This document shows, in pieces, positions 23,801-37,461 of a stretch of DNA of 64,000 nt. A program made the position numbers and the translations under genes. The stretch lies in assembly GCF_963676685.1 (NCBI RefSeq), contig NC_092345.1, positions 92,628,001-92,692,000 of the forward strand. Reading direction: 5' to 3'. The stretch is from Mytilus edulis (lineage: Eukaryota). The notes under the pieces are model-generated. The model was not told the DNA's origin. It worked only from the letters and a program-made list of their open reading frames with translations, and did not search any database. The first letter of the stretch is position 1, and each line of letters begins with the position of its first letter.

Positions 23801-25727
23801 TAACCATTTTTCGTAAATTAAAGTAATCTTTTACAAAAATCTTCTCCTCTGAAACTACTGGGCCAAAATAATCCAAACTTGGCCACAATCATCTTTGGGG
23901 TATCTAGTTTAAAAAATGTGTGGGATGACCTGGTCAACCAACCAAGATGGCCGCCACGGCTAAAAATAGAACATGGGGGTAAAATGCAGTTTTTGGCTTA
24001 TAACTCAAAAACCAAAGCATTTTGAGGAAATCTGACGGGATAAAAATGTTTATTAGGTCAAAATCTATCTGCCCTGAAATTTTCAGATGAATCAGTCAAT
24101 CGGTTGTTTGGTTGCTGCCCCTGAATTGGTAATTTTGAGGAAATTTTGCTGTTTTTGGTTATTATCTTGAATATTATTATAGATAGAGATAAACTGTGAC
24201 AGCAATAATGTTCATCACAGTAAGATCTACAAATAAGTCAACATGACCAAAATGGTCAGTTGACCCGTGTAGGAGTTATTGCCCTTTATAGTCAATTTTT
24301 AACCATTTTTTGTAAATTAAAGTAATCTTTTACAAAAATCTTCTCCTCTGAAACTACTGGGCATAATTAATCCAAACTTGGCCACAATCATCTTTGGGGT
24401 ATTTAGTTTAAAAAATGTGTGGCGTGACCTGGTCAACCAACTAAGATGGCCGCCACGGCTAAAAATAGAACATAGGGGTAAAATGCAGTTTTTGGCTTAT
24501 AACTCAAAAACCAAAGCATTTTGAGGAAATATGACATGGGTAAAAATGTTTATCAGGTCAAGATCTATCTGCCCTGAAATTTTCAGTTGAATCAGTCAAC
24601 CCGTTGTTGGGTTGCTGCCCCTGAATTGGTAATTTTGAGGAAATTTTGCTGTTTTTGGTTATTATCTTGAATATTATTATAGATAGAGATAAACTGTAAA
24701 CAGCAATAATGTTCAGCAAAGTAAGATCTACAATAAGTCAACATGACCAAAATGGTCAGTTGACCCGTTTAGGAGTTATTGCCCTTTATAGTCAATTTTT
24801 AACCATTTTTCGTAAATTAAAGTAATCTTTTACAAAAATCTTCTCCTCTGAAACTACTGGGCCAAACTAATCCAAACTTGGCCACAATCATCTTTGGGGT
24901 ATCTAGTTTAAAAAATGTGTAGCATGACTTGGTCAACCAACTAAGATGGCCGCCACGGCTAAAAATAGAACATAGGGGTAAAATGCAGTTTTTGGCTTAT
25001 AACTATGAAACCAAAGCATTTAGAGCAAATCTGACAAGAAGTTAAATTGTTAATCAAGTCAATATCTACCTGCCCTGAAGTTTTCAGATGAATTGGACAA
25101 CTGGTTGTTGGGTTGCTGCCCTCCAAATGGTAATTTTTAAAGAAATTTTGCCATTTTTGGTTATCTTGAATACTATTATAGATAGCGATAAACTGTAAAC
25201 AGCAATAATGTTCAGCAAAGTAAGATCTAGAAATAAGTCAACATGACCTAAATGGTCAATTGACCCCTTAAGGAGTTATTGCCCTTTATAGTCAATTTTT
25301 AACAATTTTCATTAATTTGGTAAATTTATGTAAATTTTTACCAAATATAGTTCTCTGTTACTAATGGGCAAAGTTCATTATAGATAATATTGTAAGAAGC
25401 AAAATCGTTCAGTAAAGTAAGAACTTCAAACACATCACCATCACCAAAATACGATTTTGTCATGAATCCATTTGTGTCCTTTGTTTAATATGCACATAGA
25501 CCAAGGTGAGCGACACAGGCTCTTTAGAGCCTCTAGTTAGCCATTGCAGCCATCTTGGTTGGTTGGCAGGGTCACGCCACACATTTTTTAAACTAGATAC
25601 CCCTATGATGATTGTGGCCAAGTTTGGTTAAATTTGGCCCAGTAGTTTCAGAGGAGAAGATTTTTGTAAAAGTTTACGGACGACGGACGACGGACGCAAA
25701 GTGATGAGAAAAGCTCACTTGACCTTT
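20801..25727 (-). mobile_element. Helentron/HINE element (outer copy, minus strand) interrupted by an inverted copy of the same family
   Basis: Reverse-complemented 3' end AACTAGGGGCTCTCAAGAGCCTGTGTCGCTCACC at 20801. ~500-bp cores. The sequence resumes at ~25538 and ends with (GACG)n and GTGATGAGAAAAGCTCACTTG at ~25700-25727. Confidence 0.85.
22331..25537 (+). mobile_element. Helentron/HINE element (inner copy) with ~6 tandem ~500-bp core repeats
   Basis: Starts TAGCTCACCTGGCCCAAAGGGCCAAGTGAGC, then a (CGTCCGT)n microsatellite. Core marker CAAGATGGCC-like at ~22551, 22939, 23441, 23942, 24441 and 24941. Ends with hairpin GGCTCTTTAGAGCC-TCTAGT. Inserted at T|T. Confidence 0.9.
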
Positions 25728-26480
25728 CTTTCACTGACCAAGTTCTGTTGATGGTTTCAGAGGAATTTTTTGAAAGTTTATGCCGACAACATCACCAAGA
25801 CATGGTGATAATTCATATTTCTTTTTGGTCATTGTATGCTAAAAGGTGTTCACAGAAAAAGGCTAAAATATCATTCATCACCAAACACCACTCAAGACAA
25901 GTTAAATGGTTATCTGATACAAGAAGATCTGTGCTGCATTTTTTCTTTTTAATGAAAGATGTTTCATCCATCAAATGAGCTAACCTTTTACCTCTCGAGA
26001 TGTATGCATAAACATATATGATGCGGCCCTTTATAGCTTGCTGTTCGATGTGAGCCAAGGCTCCATGTTGAAGACAGTACTTTGACCTATAATGGTTTAC
26101 TTTTACAAATTGAAACTTGGATGTAGAGTGGTCTCATTGGCAGGCATACCACATCTTCTTATATCGACATAGATTTGGAGTCACACTTTGGGAATAATAT
26201 ACATTTGCAAGAGCAAAAAAAGTAATTACTATAATGTTGTGCTGCATTTAAGATGAAATCATATTATATTAGTGTATTGGTCTATGCTGTTGCCTTGGCT
26301 ATCAAATGGAGAAGAAACTATATACCAAACAGTTGTTTGAAGTAAAGCAGGATTTTATTTCTGCAGTGAGTGTGTGATCAGTGCTTCATATAGCTGTAGT
26401 ATATTATCTGATAACTTGATACCCAAGTTGTTTAATTTTTCTGAAAGTGCACAACAAAAAATGCAGTAATTATTAATAAT

Positions 26481-26486
26481 TTTATT
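26481..26486 (-). other. Candidate polyadenylation signal of ARPC2 (AATAAA on minus strand)
   Basis: TTTATT on + strand, ~690 nt past the ARPC2 stop. Confidence 0.4.
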
Positions 26487-27170
26487 TATAAATATTTATA
26501 CAGCCAAGTGTACATGGTATTTGTTCTGGCACTATAATAATGTTGAAATATATCTTTTCAACATTAGCATATAAAAATGAACAGTTCATCATAAAATATG
26601 ACTGTAAAAAAATACTTTCTCTTAATTATAATCCCATTATCTTTCATCTTTCTACAACGGGTAAAGAAAATAATAGGAAACATATTACATTATTATAACT
26701 TGGGTCACCGCCCATAATTGCAGGCATAACTTATGTTTTATGAGACAGCATACAAAAAACAGTATCTAAATATTCATTATTCACTCATTATTAACCACAT
26801 TTGCTTTTCATTTTTAAGTATGTGTTTGAATATATAGAACAGATAAAAAATCAGAACAAATCATACCAGGAAATATTGATTATGTAATTTGAAAGGGAGA
26901 TAATAATGGTTAAAATTGAAATCCATACCATTATGATTAACAACTGTTAAATGTGCAAAATATCTATTTGTAAGAAAAGTTATCTGATGCCAATGTTATC
27001 AGCAGTTTTTACTTATTAAATGACTTCTATACATTAGCATACAATTAAAAAATAAAACATTGGTCCAGCCAATTGGTTCTATCCCACAACTCCTTCATAC
27101 TGCAAGACTGATAGATGTAAAGCCACTTCTGTTATTTTGCACCAAAATATAAGTTACAACATAGTGTTCA

Positions 27171-30100
27171 TCAATTCATCTTGAAAGTCTTGCCACTGAA
27201 ATAAAACAAAAAAAACATTATTTTTTAATAATTAAGTTGGTTGAATTTTTTTCAAAACTTTGCTTCAAGTCATCATATAACATAATTAGAGATTTTTCTA
27301 AAATCTTAGATACCAAATTTCTGACAAATAACTGAAAATATGAATTTTATAATGTGTTATTTGATTCGCTATACATGTTTCTCTTATTCTAAGACAAATT
27401 ATACTTTCCCGAAAAAGTTAATTATATTTTTGATAAAACCATCCTCCTTTTCCCAGAATATTAATCACCTACTGAATTAGAATTATCTCCTGGTTTGTAC
27501 TGACATAGATCACATTTAGGGTACCACATTTGAAACAGGATCTGCTTACCCTTCCAGAGCCCCTGAGATCACTTTCGGTTTTGGTGTGGTTTGTGTTGCT
27601 CAGTTTTTAGTTTTCTTTGTTGCATTTTGTGTATTGTTGTTTTATGGTTGTTTTTTATGTTTTGTCATGGGGTTGTCAGTTTTTTTTTTACTTATGAGTT
27701 TGAATGTCCAGTCCCTTTGGTATCTTCAAGATATATTCATATCAAATCTATTTTGGCATAATTTTCGTCCTATGTTTTACTAATAATTTTTAACATCAAA
27801 TAACTATTTATGTTGCATTGCCAATAATTTACATATTGAATGTTATTTATTCATAATGTATACTAACGTAATTGTTTTCTTTTCTTTCTGTTGATCTGGT
27901 CGAGCTCTGTTCAGTACTTTTAGAAAATCTGAACACTTTGCTCTCATCCTCGAATGGATGTAGGCCTAAAAAATATAAACAATCATTTAATTATGAGTTT
28001 CTTATTATTGTTTCTAAAATATTTCATAAAAAAATGTGTATCAGACCTTTTTCAAATCATAACAAAATACAAAAAGAAATCTATTCAAGTACAAATTTTG
28101 TTGAATATATCAACTGCAATATATTTAATGTTTGGCCATTATGAATGTTGACTAAATATACTGTATGTGAGCCACAAGCAAAAGTGTTTTTTTACCAGAT
28201 TACATACAACATGTACAACACTAAACTTAATGTAAGTACATGTATTTGTAATTGTATAGAGACATAAGGTCCAAATTAACAAGTTTAAAAGAAGCACCCG
28301 GTTTTGTTGTTAAAGGATAAACACTATTCTAAGTTCCATGATTTCCAATCTGTCTATAAAATGAGGAAAATAATTTACCTTAGAACACTTTATATGATAA
28401 TGTAAATAATCTCGGAGTGTGTGGATTAGGTTGATCGTGTTATCACGTACAGCTGCACCAGTGTGACGAGGAAACAAAACTGAAATAACAAATCATTCAT
28501 TAATCAATAAATGTTAATATGAAACCAAGAGAATCTGAGATATATTTATTCCTTATCAATTTCAAACAAAATATATATAAATTTAAATATTACTATAGTT
28601 TATGAGTAAATATGAATCATAGCTTTACATATGATAAAGACAATTGTCTATTTTCCTTTTTGAAATACTGTCTCATTGACGAACAACACTTATTTTTTTT
28701 TGTATGTAAAATAATAATTTCAATAAACAAGACAAGAAACTAAAAGAAACTTGATTTCAAGTCGCTCCATATAACATGTGCATCTCTATACTTTAAGTCA
28801 TTGTATTAAAACCTACCAAAAGTAATATATCCTACATTATCCCCACCACGAGCGTCTGTTCCTTTCAATTCCATTGGAGGTTCTTTGTGACTAAACAATA
28901 CTTGTGGTGCTTGTTGGTAATTTCTTCTTCCTTCTTTAAATTCCTAAAATTATTAGGTGACAACATATTTTTAACTTTATGAAATACAAAATAAGTTTCT
29001 AAAGAGAGTACACTAGATATCTTAAACCTCTTCACTATCATTATTAGTACAGGTTTTTGGTTAAATTATCTAAACTGCATATGATGATAGTGGAGCTGAG
29101 GACAGTGCATGTTTTAGTGTTACCTATAAAAGAGCACTTTGATGTTTTTGGAAAGCATTTGTTTTGTGTGGATCCTCATGATCCCAGTACATATAATATG
29201 TTTGTTTAATTACGATTTTTTTAAATTACTGATAAAATGTACATCATTTTCAACAGTTTGACATATTTTAGTGTATTTTAAAAAGTTCAGAAGAGAAGTG
29301 CAAGATACCGTGCAAATTCTTTCAACTTCTGTTCAAGGAAATGATTTGTGATATAATCAGATGCAACTGTTATCAAACAAAACACTATAAAAATTGATTA
29401 ACTGCCACAACTCTTTTAAACTTTTGTTGTAATATCTTCAGTTATAGTTTTGTTAACTGCATTTTTCAACTACCAAAAATTTCATTTATAAGTTTTTGTA
29501 GTGACCTGTTTTCAGATTAAACTTACTGCCCTATTTTTGAGGATTTCTTGTGAATAGGTTAACCATTGAATTAAATGTCCAATGAAGAACAAATTCTATA
29601 AGTTTGTAGGCAAACTTTAATAAAATATATGTGAAATTATGTATTTAAAATAAATAATTGTGACAAACTAAACTGAAAACTAGAGTCTTTTTGACTTAAT
29701 AATCTTCGTACCTGCATAAATAATTTTCCTATAACAATATCGTCATCATCTTTAAACACTGTACTAAATATAACTGTCACTCTGTCTTTCTGGGCCTCAA
29801 CATACCTATAATATCATACTCAAAGATAATAAGACTCCTTGTGCCTCAACATACCTATAATTTCACATTGAAAGTTTGACTAAAAACAAAATATTGAAAA
29901 ATGAAGAAATGATTGGTGTACTAAAACATACTTTAACAAATAAGCAAAAAATCATATTCTGATAGGCCAATATAACCAATGATCTAGATTAAGCAAATAA
30001 AAATAAGCGTAATTATAAAAATAAGTTAATTTGTCAATGCGGTCAATGAAACTCATAGACATTCTGTATTTTTATGTAACATTGCCTATCTAGACAGCTG

Positions 30101-33100
30101 CATTTATGGTTTTGGTTAATTTCACTTGTCCGGGGGTCGGGCAATAGAATAATCCTTCTTGTCAAACCCTGTGGTATAGAAAACTTACATAGTTTCATCA
30201 TCTCTGTACTGTATGACTGCTCTTTTGGTACCAGTAACTCCCTTTTCCTGAAACTCAAAATATTTCTCAAACACTGATGCAAAACAATTCCTTTTCAGTA
30301 AAGCTGCTTTCTTAACAATTTCTTCAAAATCATCAGGAATGGTCTCTAAATTGTACAGAAGTGAAACACTGTAACCTACAAATAAACACAATATATAGGA
30401 ATATAAAAGACAACATATTTTACTTTAAGATTAGTCTTTTAAAATAAATTTAACTTGCATTTTTTGTCAAAACTCTGGTAATATTAAGGAAAAGCATGCA
30501 AAAATTCTGTACAGGAAAAATCTAAAACTATTCACATAATTTAATTAACCATTCTTCAGGATGGATGGTTTCAGACAAATTAATTGAAAATGTCTGCCAT
30601 TAAGAAAGCATTATAAGTCCTAGCTGTCATTCTTTTTTTTTATGAGGGACCCCAAGAAATATTATTACCAACAAGAGTAGGTAAATTATCATATTTGTTG
30701 CACTCTCCAACCAAAATAGGTTCAAATTGCAGGAAGAAGCTGGTATTTTACTATTATAATATCAATGAGAAGACAACCTGATAGTGTATATTTAAAAAGA
30801 ATTATATCTTTCTAATAAATTTATAATTGGTATTAGCATAATAGTTACCATCTTCTGTAGTTGTCATAAAGTCACCATATTCTCTTTTGATTAACTGAAA
30901 TAATAGAATAATTTATAACAATACAAGTTAGTTCATCATCTATCATATCTGTTTTTCATAAACTGTTTTGTTATAAATTATGCTGTTAGTTTTCTCAATT
31001 GAATTGTTTCACTTTTTCATTTCAGGGCCTTTTATAGCTGATCATACGGTATGGGTTTTTCTCATTGTTAAAGGCTGTATGGTTGCCTATAATTGCTTAC
31101 ATGCAATTCATTTGAACTTTGGTGGATAGTTGTTGCAAAGGCAATCATAAATCATCTCCTTATTTTTATAAGTATCATCATACGACAAAGGATTAGTTTT
31201 ATTTTCAACCATACAAAACAAATAGTGTATTAAGTGAGACATCCCAACAAAACCAGACCTATCTTTAATCTACAGAATATTAAATGACATCATTTGTAGA
31301 CATTTAATAAAAAATAACATTATTTAGTTTTACTCATTATTCATATTGTGATCAATTCATTTTTAAGTTTGGTCAAACAAAGTCCAACAAAAAATAAAAA
31401 ATAACCAGTAAACGATTTCAGTAAAATTCAACAAATAGCTTGAAAAAGATTATCAATGGGTTTGAATAAGATGATAAGCTATAAGAGTGGCACTAATTAC
31501 AGCTGCCACTTTATTATTCATACAATTTAACAATAAAATTTATTAATGCTTACATCCTCAGCACCATGCTCTTCTAAGTCTTTGTAAAATTTCAGTGAAA
31601 TACTGACCTAAAATATAAACAGGTATACTCATTGCTCATTTTAAAATATATTCATCACAAGTTAGTCATTTGGGAAATATCAAAATTAATAATAAGACAA
31701 GCAAAGGATGTGGTTATACTTATAATAATTGGGTAAGTGGGGTTCAGATGGTGAAGGCAGATGAATTGTATCATTTATCTTATATTTCATAAACTTAATA
31801 TGAAAATACCATGGTTAAAACATTGAATTAATCAACAAGCTTGTGAGCACTGAAGGGAAAAGATTGCTAAATTAATTTGCAATTATGTGTCTTTTAAATT
31901 AAAACATTGAATTTTAAAAATTTGAGTTGGAGTTATTTACTTTTGTTCATGATTTGTAGTTCAACCTATTTTTATAACAGATACATACACCATGCATTAT
32001 TTATGAAATTTTTGATAAATATTGGTTCTTAGCTAAGTGATAAAATTTCCCTTGTTTGATATCAACATTTACATTAGAAATGATAACCACCTATTGACAT
32101 TATATTGCATATTATACTGCAATCAGCTATTTTGCTATACAGATAAAGCTATACGTATAAACGTTAGTTTTATACGCCAATGACCTCAACTAACCTATAA
32201 GCCCCGCCTACTTACCGGAACTATTGTATTTCATCAACAACGTCACGTCACAACCATGACAACGTGTAGTAACAATGGTCAAACCTTTATAAATCTTAAC
32301 TTGTTATGTCTTCAAATTGGTAATTTGTATAGCATGTTTATTAAATATTATTAATTAAATTCATTTTCCCTTTCTAATTCCTTAAATTGTCAATGTTTTA
32401 CCGCCTAGACTACGCTCATAGGGAAATACCCCAAAATGGTACCACAAGAGGAAAATTCCAAACACTTTTTGTAACAATATTTGTTACATATTTTTATTTT
32501 TTTTATCGATTTCAGTATAAAAACAATATGCATATAGTGTCTTGAAATATGCAATTTATTTGTATTCGGCACGAAACAAGGGAAATGCTCGGTATAACCT
32601 TGCATTTCCCCCGTTTCTAAGCCTCATACAAATAAATTTCATATTACAAGACACTATATGTATATTGTCTAACTATCATTTATTTCACCCAATATTTGAA
32701 AAGTGTAAAAGTTTTAATAAGAGAGCACACACTGAAATATCTAACTAGGCTACTTGTTATTGAATTCATGTTGAAAGTCTGTAACATGAATGTTTTACTA
32801 CAACTACATGTATTAAGTAAACTTATCAATGTTCTGTGATAATGAGGTCAAGGTCAGATGCACCAGGCCAGACAGACATGTACACCTTACAATCCAAATA
32901 TAGTTAACCTGTTGCTTGTAGTATCTGATAAACTGGAAAAAGTTGGGGAAACTGATCATAGACAAATAAACCCTGAAAATGAAGTCAATGTAAGATAAGA
33001 AAAAGCCTGTCTCTCAAGTAATTAAATGGTTTCTTGAGACACAAAAGGCTCAAAACCAATAAATAAGCCCACATATACTTACTATTATTTTGGTTTTGTC

Positions 33101-36100
33101 ATTTTCTGGGTTTGATATATGGAATAAAACTCCATCGAAATCTGTAAAACATAATTGAAACAAAAAATTAACACAAAAAATGTTAAAAAAAACTATTTAA
33201 GTGATTACACTGTCATACAAATATTATCTTGCATCTGGAGTGATTTTCATGAAGTTTTAGGATGCATAAGTAAAAAAAACAAAGATAGCACATATGCAAT
33301 AATAATTTATGAAAATAAAGTGATGCTGTGTTTATTTTATTTAACAGCCGAAATAAGTTGATGTCATGAGTAATTTTGTTAACATTAATGAATAAGCATG
33401 ATAAGTGCAGAGAAATATTTTAGATATATTCTTTTTCTTTGCTATACATGATATACATCTACACCTTTAAACATATTTAAAAGTGTATTAAAACTATCTT
33501 ATGATTTTACAGATTTCACAAGAGATCAAATTGAAATAAAAAAAACGTACCTGCAACAGTGACATCAATTGATTCTGGTTTGTTTCTAAAATAAAAAAAT
33601 AAATAAAATAAAACTTCACTAAGACGATGCCCTAAAGGAGGCTTGAATTAAGTGCAGCAACATTAAAGTGTGATTTACAGTATATAGTTCATGTACCAAT
33701 ATACTATGCAAAAGAACAAAATTTACTTTTGGGTAGTTAGGCTACTGAAGGTTCTTTTACTGTAGTTTTAATCAGTTTTCCCAAGTACATTCATATTAGA
33801 AAACTGAAGTGATTCAAATATAAACATAAACATGATGAACATAGAGCTCAATCTCAACAGACTGAATAATATCTAAAGCAAATATGTAATGTTAAAAGGA
33901 AACTAAAATGGAATCAACACATCAGATGTATAAATTTTAGATGAAGTGTTAGTTTCCATACTTCTCATAAAAAAATTTTGTACTTAGGTTTGTAACAGAC
34001 TAATTGTTTAAAGTCTATTCTGTGTTGTACGGGGTTTCCGCTGACGGTCGCCATTTTAGCAATTTGCGAAAAAATAATAATTGTGGCGATTAAAATTCGT
34101 CATTGGCGAAAGAATTTGGCGAAATTAATATATATAACTATTTATTTTCAACCATCTCGTTTATTTACTTTTTATTTCAGGTTTCTCGGAATTTACCTGA
34201 TCAGACAATTCTCGGAATTCACCTTGAACTCGATAAGATTTTGACAGAAAATCAATAATCAGCTGATTGCATTTGATAGCAATCGACATCAAAGGACTAA
34301 TTAATAAAGGTGTTGATTGACAAAATGATATGGTTAAATGGCGCCCGTCACATGTTTCATCAAGGATTATTAACCACTTTGCGACACACATGTTTGAAGC
34401 AAAATTTTGACGACTCTTCTCCTTCTTTTAATGATAGTCCAGAAAAGAAAACTGTTGTTATGACAAAAAATGTACAAAAGCCAGAAAGGTCTCTGATTTT
34501 AAAACTATCATTTAACTTCGATATCGATAATTGATTTGAGTGGGTACTTCAAAGTCGTTTCAGTGACACACGTGCGAAAAAAAAAAGGAAAATTTTAAAA
34601 GAAAAATATATTTGTGTTACTTGGCCAAAAAAAAAATAATGTGGCGAAAAAAAATATTGTTTTGGCCAAAGAGGTGGCGAAAAAAATAATTGACCCAGGG
34701 GAAATCCTGGTGTTGTAAACCTTTATATTAATGAAGCACTAAAATCAACACAAAAACTTGTTAAAGTCTTAATCATACTTGCAGAAAATTCTATCTCAAA
34801 GTCCAATTGGAAAAATGGTTTCAGCATTGTAATAGGAAGGGGTCACAGATTTTTTTTTTAAATAACCTTTCAAGACGTCAAAACTATTTGGACTAATGAG
34901 TAATGAAAGGGGAAATCATCATAAATTTTTCCTAGGCCTTATCAAAACAAACTTTTGTCTAAACAGTTAATGTTAAGAATAATAGAAAATAGTGTGGGCA
35001 AAACAACCTGCGGTCAAACTGCCCAGGTTGTGAAGTGGAAACTTCTTAGAAGCCATTATTTGGTCAGATCATGTTTTTTCGTATATCATATGAATTCATA
35101 TAAATTTTAATGCATTCTTTTTTAATGGAAATTGTGATGTCACAATGCATTCTCAATAAACGTATTTACACTTTAGGTATTTAGCTGAATTTTGTCTCCA
35201 AATGACCGTAGATCGCCTCCGAATAACCTTTTGATGTCAAGCAACAATCACTTTTTTATTGTGACGTCAATTTTTTTGAATTGTTATGTCAAAGTTTACG
35301 GGAACCTGTGTGATTCTACGTAATGGCGGACAAATTTCCATACAAGTGTAAATACGTCTATAGTGCAATAACCAATGAGACGAAGATACTATTTTAATTT
35401 TTTTTTAATTTATAGATATAGGAAGATTTGGTGTGAGTGCCAATGAGACAACTCTCCATCCAAATAACAATTTATTAAAAGTAAACCATTATAGGTCAAT
35501 GTACGGCCTTCAACACGGAGCCCTGGCTTACACCGAACAACAATCTATAAAGGGCCCCAAAATTACTACTGTAAAACAATTCAAACAGGAAAACCAATGG
35601 TTTTATCTATATAAAAATCGAGAAACGAGAAACACATATGAATTACATAAACAAATGACAACTACTGTACTGTGTACTGTGTACATGTACATCAAATTCT
35701 TTATTTAAAGTCGAGTTGCATTCCAGACTTACATTGTAGGACTACAAGTCATCCTACGATTTTGTTAATACATATTTTCGAACATCCTGGCACTTTAAAT
35801 TTCTAGGAGGTGAAATTCTCGGGATTTTACCTCAAACTCTATGGGAAAATACAATTTTTAATTCCAATTTAAAACCAAACGGTAAAATTTATCACACAGA
35901 TTTTTAAAACACATGTCTATTATGATAAGGAGATTTGAAAACACGATCTCAAATTTAATTTTAATGATTCAACAAAAAATTAATTGAGTTTTAAGTTTGT
36001 GTACCTATATATGGTAAAACCCGAAGATTTGTCACCGCTTCAACTCCAATATTCAAATAGATAAACACAATGTAATTATCTGATTGGTCAATCTTCAGCT

Positions 36101-36384
36101 GTGATGCAAACATGAAATTATGTATATTGTCAATTTTATAGATCTTGCATTGTTTATATTTTTTGCTGTAAGTGTAATGCCAATTTATTGCATTATACGG
36201 GTAGTACTGATACTGTGATACATCGAAAGAACACGGAAGCATGTACTATACCGGGTTTATTTGTAACGCCCTAAAACTATATCCCTATACAAATCTAATG
36301 AATCTATTACCCTTCTTTTGCATTTTTGAATCTTAAATTCAGTGTTTCTTCAACAATTCGGTTATGAAATTCAAGCAAAATCAT
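27171..36384 (-). CDS. ARPC2: Actin-related protein 2/3 complex subunit 2 (p34-Arc), complete, 299 aa
   Basis: Exons: complement(join(27171..27195,27868..27965,28379..28479,28817..28943,29712..29805,30189..30375,30849..30894,31554..31607,33083..33141,33551..33585,36311..36384)) = 900 nt. Translation [15 protein letters not shown]...[18 protein letters not shown]...[29 protein letters not shown]...[16 protein letters not shown]...[17 protein letters not shown]...ITGKTFKMN* closely matches ARPC2 throughout. Confidence 0.97.
27525..27725 (+). repeat. Dispersed repeat (ACAGGATCTGCTTACCCTTCCAGAGC..CTGAGAT); second copy at ~56530-56735
   Basis: Two diverged copies within the window. Confidence 0.65.
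32523..32668. repeat. Imperfect ~146-nt inverted repeat (hairpin) in an ARPC2 intron
   Basis: ACAATATGCATATAGTGTCTTG...CAAGACACTATATGTATATTGT, with pairing continuing to the centre. Confidence 0.7.
34030..34709. mobile_element. hAT-type MITE in an ARPC2 intron
   Basis: Ends CGGGGTTTCC and GGAAATCCTG. 8-bp TSD GTGTTGTA at 34022-34029 and 34710-34717. Subterminal TGGCGA repeats at both ends. Confidence 0.8.
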
Positions 36385-36480
36385 TTTAGCAGTGACTTAT
36401 TCCTCTGAAAGAAGGGTGGGTTATTCCTTATTCCGGAACTGTTGTTGATTTCCAACCTTGCCTTTGTAACACTTCTTTTC

Positions 36481-36670
36481 ATTGGCCAATTTTTGTACTG
36501 GTTACCGGAGACTTGTAAAATTATTGCGTTTGCTCTAAGTGTGAATCAAATAATTGCCTTACCAGATGGCAGTTTTGATAAAGGTAATTTTATTGGATAA
36601 TCTAATTCTGATTTGAAAACAGCCGGGAAGACGGAAGTTGCCTTTAAGGCTTTATCAAGAACTTTTGAAT
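36481..36670. promoter_or_regulatory. Putative bidirectional promoter ARPC2/RACGAP1 with CCAAT boxes, CHR and ETS motifs
   Basis: ATTGGCCAAT at 36481-36490, ATTGG at 36592-36596, TTTGAA (CHR) at 36612-36617 and 36664-36669, CGGAAG at ~36632. ARPC2 appears to have a 5'UTR intron at 36405-36562 (minus-strand GTAAG...TTTCAG). Confidence 0.5.
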
Positions 36671-37461
36671 GACAATAGTTATAAGTAACAGTTAGGTATA
36701 CTAAAAACATAGGTATTTAAAAGTAGAAGAATATTATTGAAAAATTTCATGGGTCATTCAAAGAAATCCATGGTAAAAAAACGCCCACATCGGTCACAGA
36801 GACTCGGTGAGACAAATGGAGAGACAGGCCATAACACAAATCATTGTGTACTGACTCATTCTTGGATGAAAAATAAAATTTTAACACTTAAACAGAATTA
36901 CATGTCACAGGGTAATATGGCCACTTAATCTTTGTAAATTAAAATAGGGCGTTGAATATGTGACGAAATATAATGTTGCAAACCATTTATTTCACACTGA
37001 AAGTACATAAAATATTAATTATAATAAACATTTATTTCAAATGTTAACTTGAAGTTTCCTTCTAAATTGAACTATGAATTGGATAGAAGTACATGCATGT
37101 TAAGGCCTAAAAAAAATGTGATTACCTGAAAGTAGGGAAAAAGTTAGGGTGTCCCTTATGTAGCGTGCATGCTTAAGTGTGTGAAACTCGCATTAGTACG
37201 AGTTCACCGTATATATAGTGCTAGAAAAAGTGGCGGGTTGCATGCATAATAACTTCGTGCAGAGTAGTATATAGAGTAAAGTCTTTTTCTAACTGTCCGT
37301 CAATGAATGAACGTAGTAAATATATAGTACACACAACATATAGTGTAGTACTAGTATATAATTGTACTCTAATAAATAGCTACGGTGACATACAAATGTA
37401 CATATATCCTTATCTATCTCCATTTCCGTATTTACCTTTGCACATGAACGAGGTAAACAAC

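Noticed and set aside
37159-37444. Possible solo LTR (TGTAGCG...AATAAA...GCACA) next to the LTR element
   Set aside because: No TSD and no inverted termini could be confirmed.
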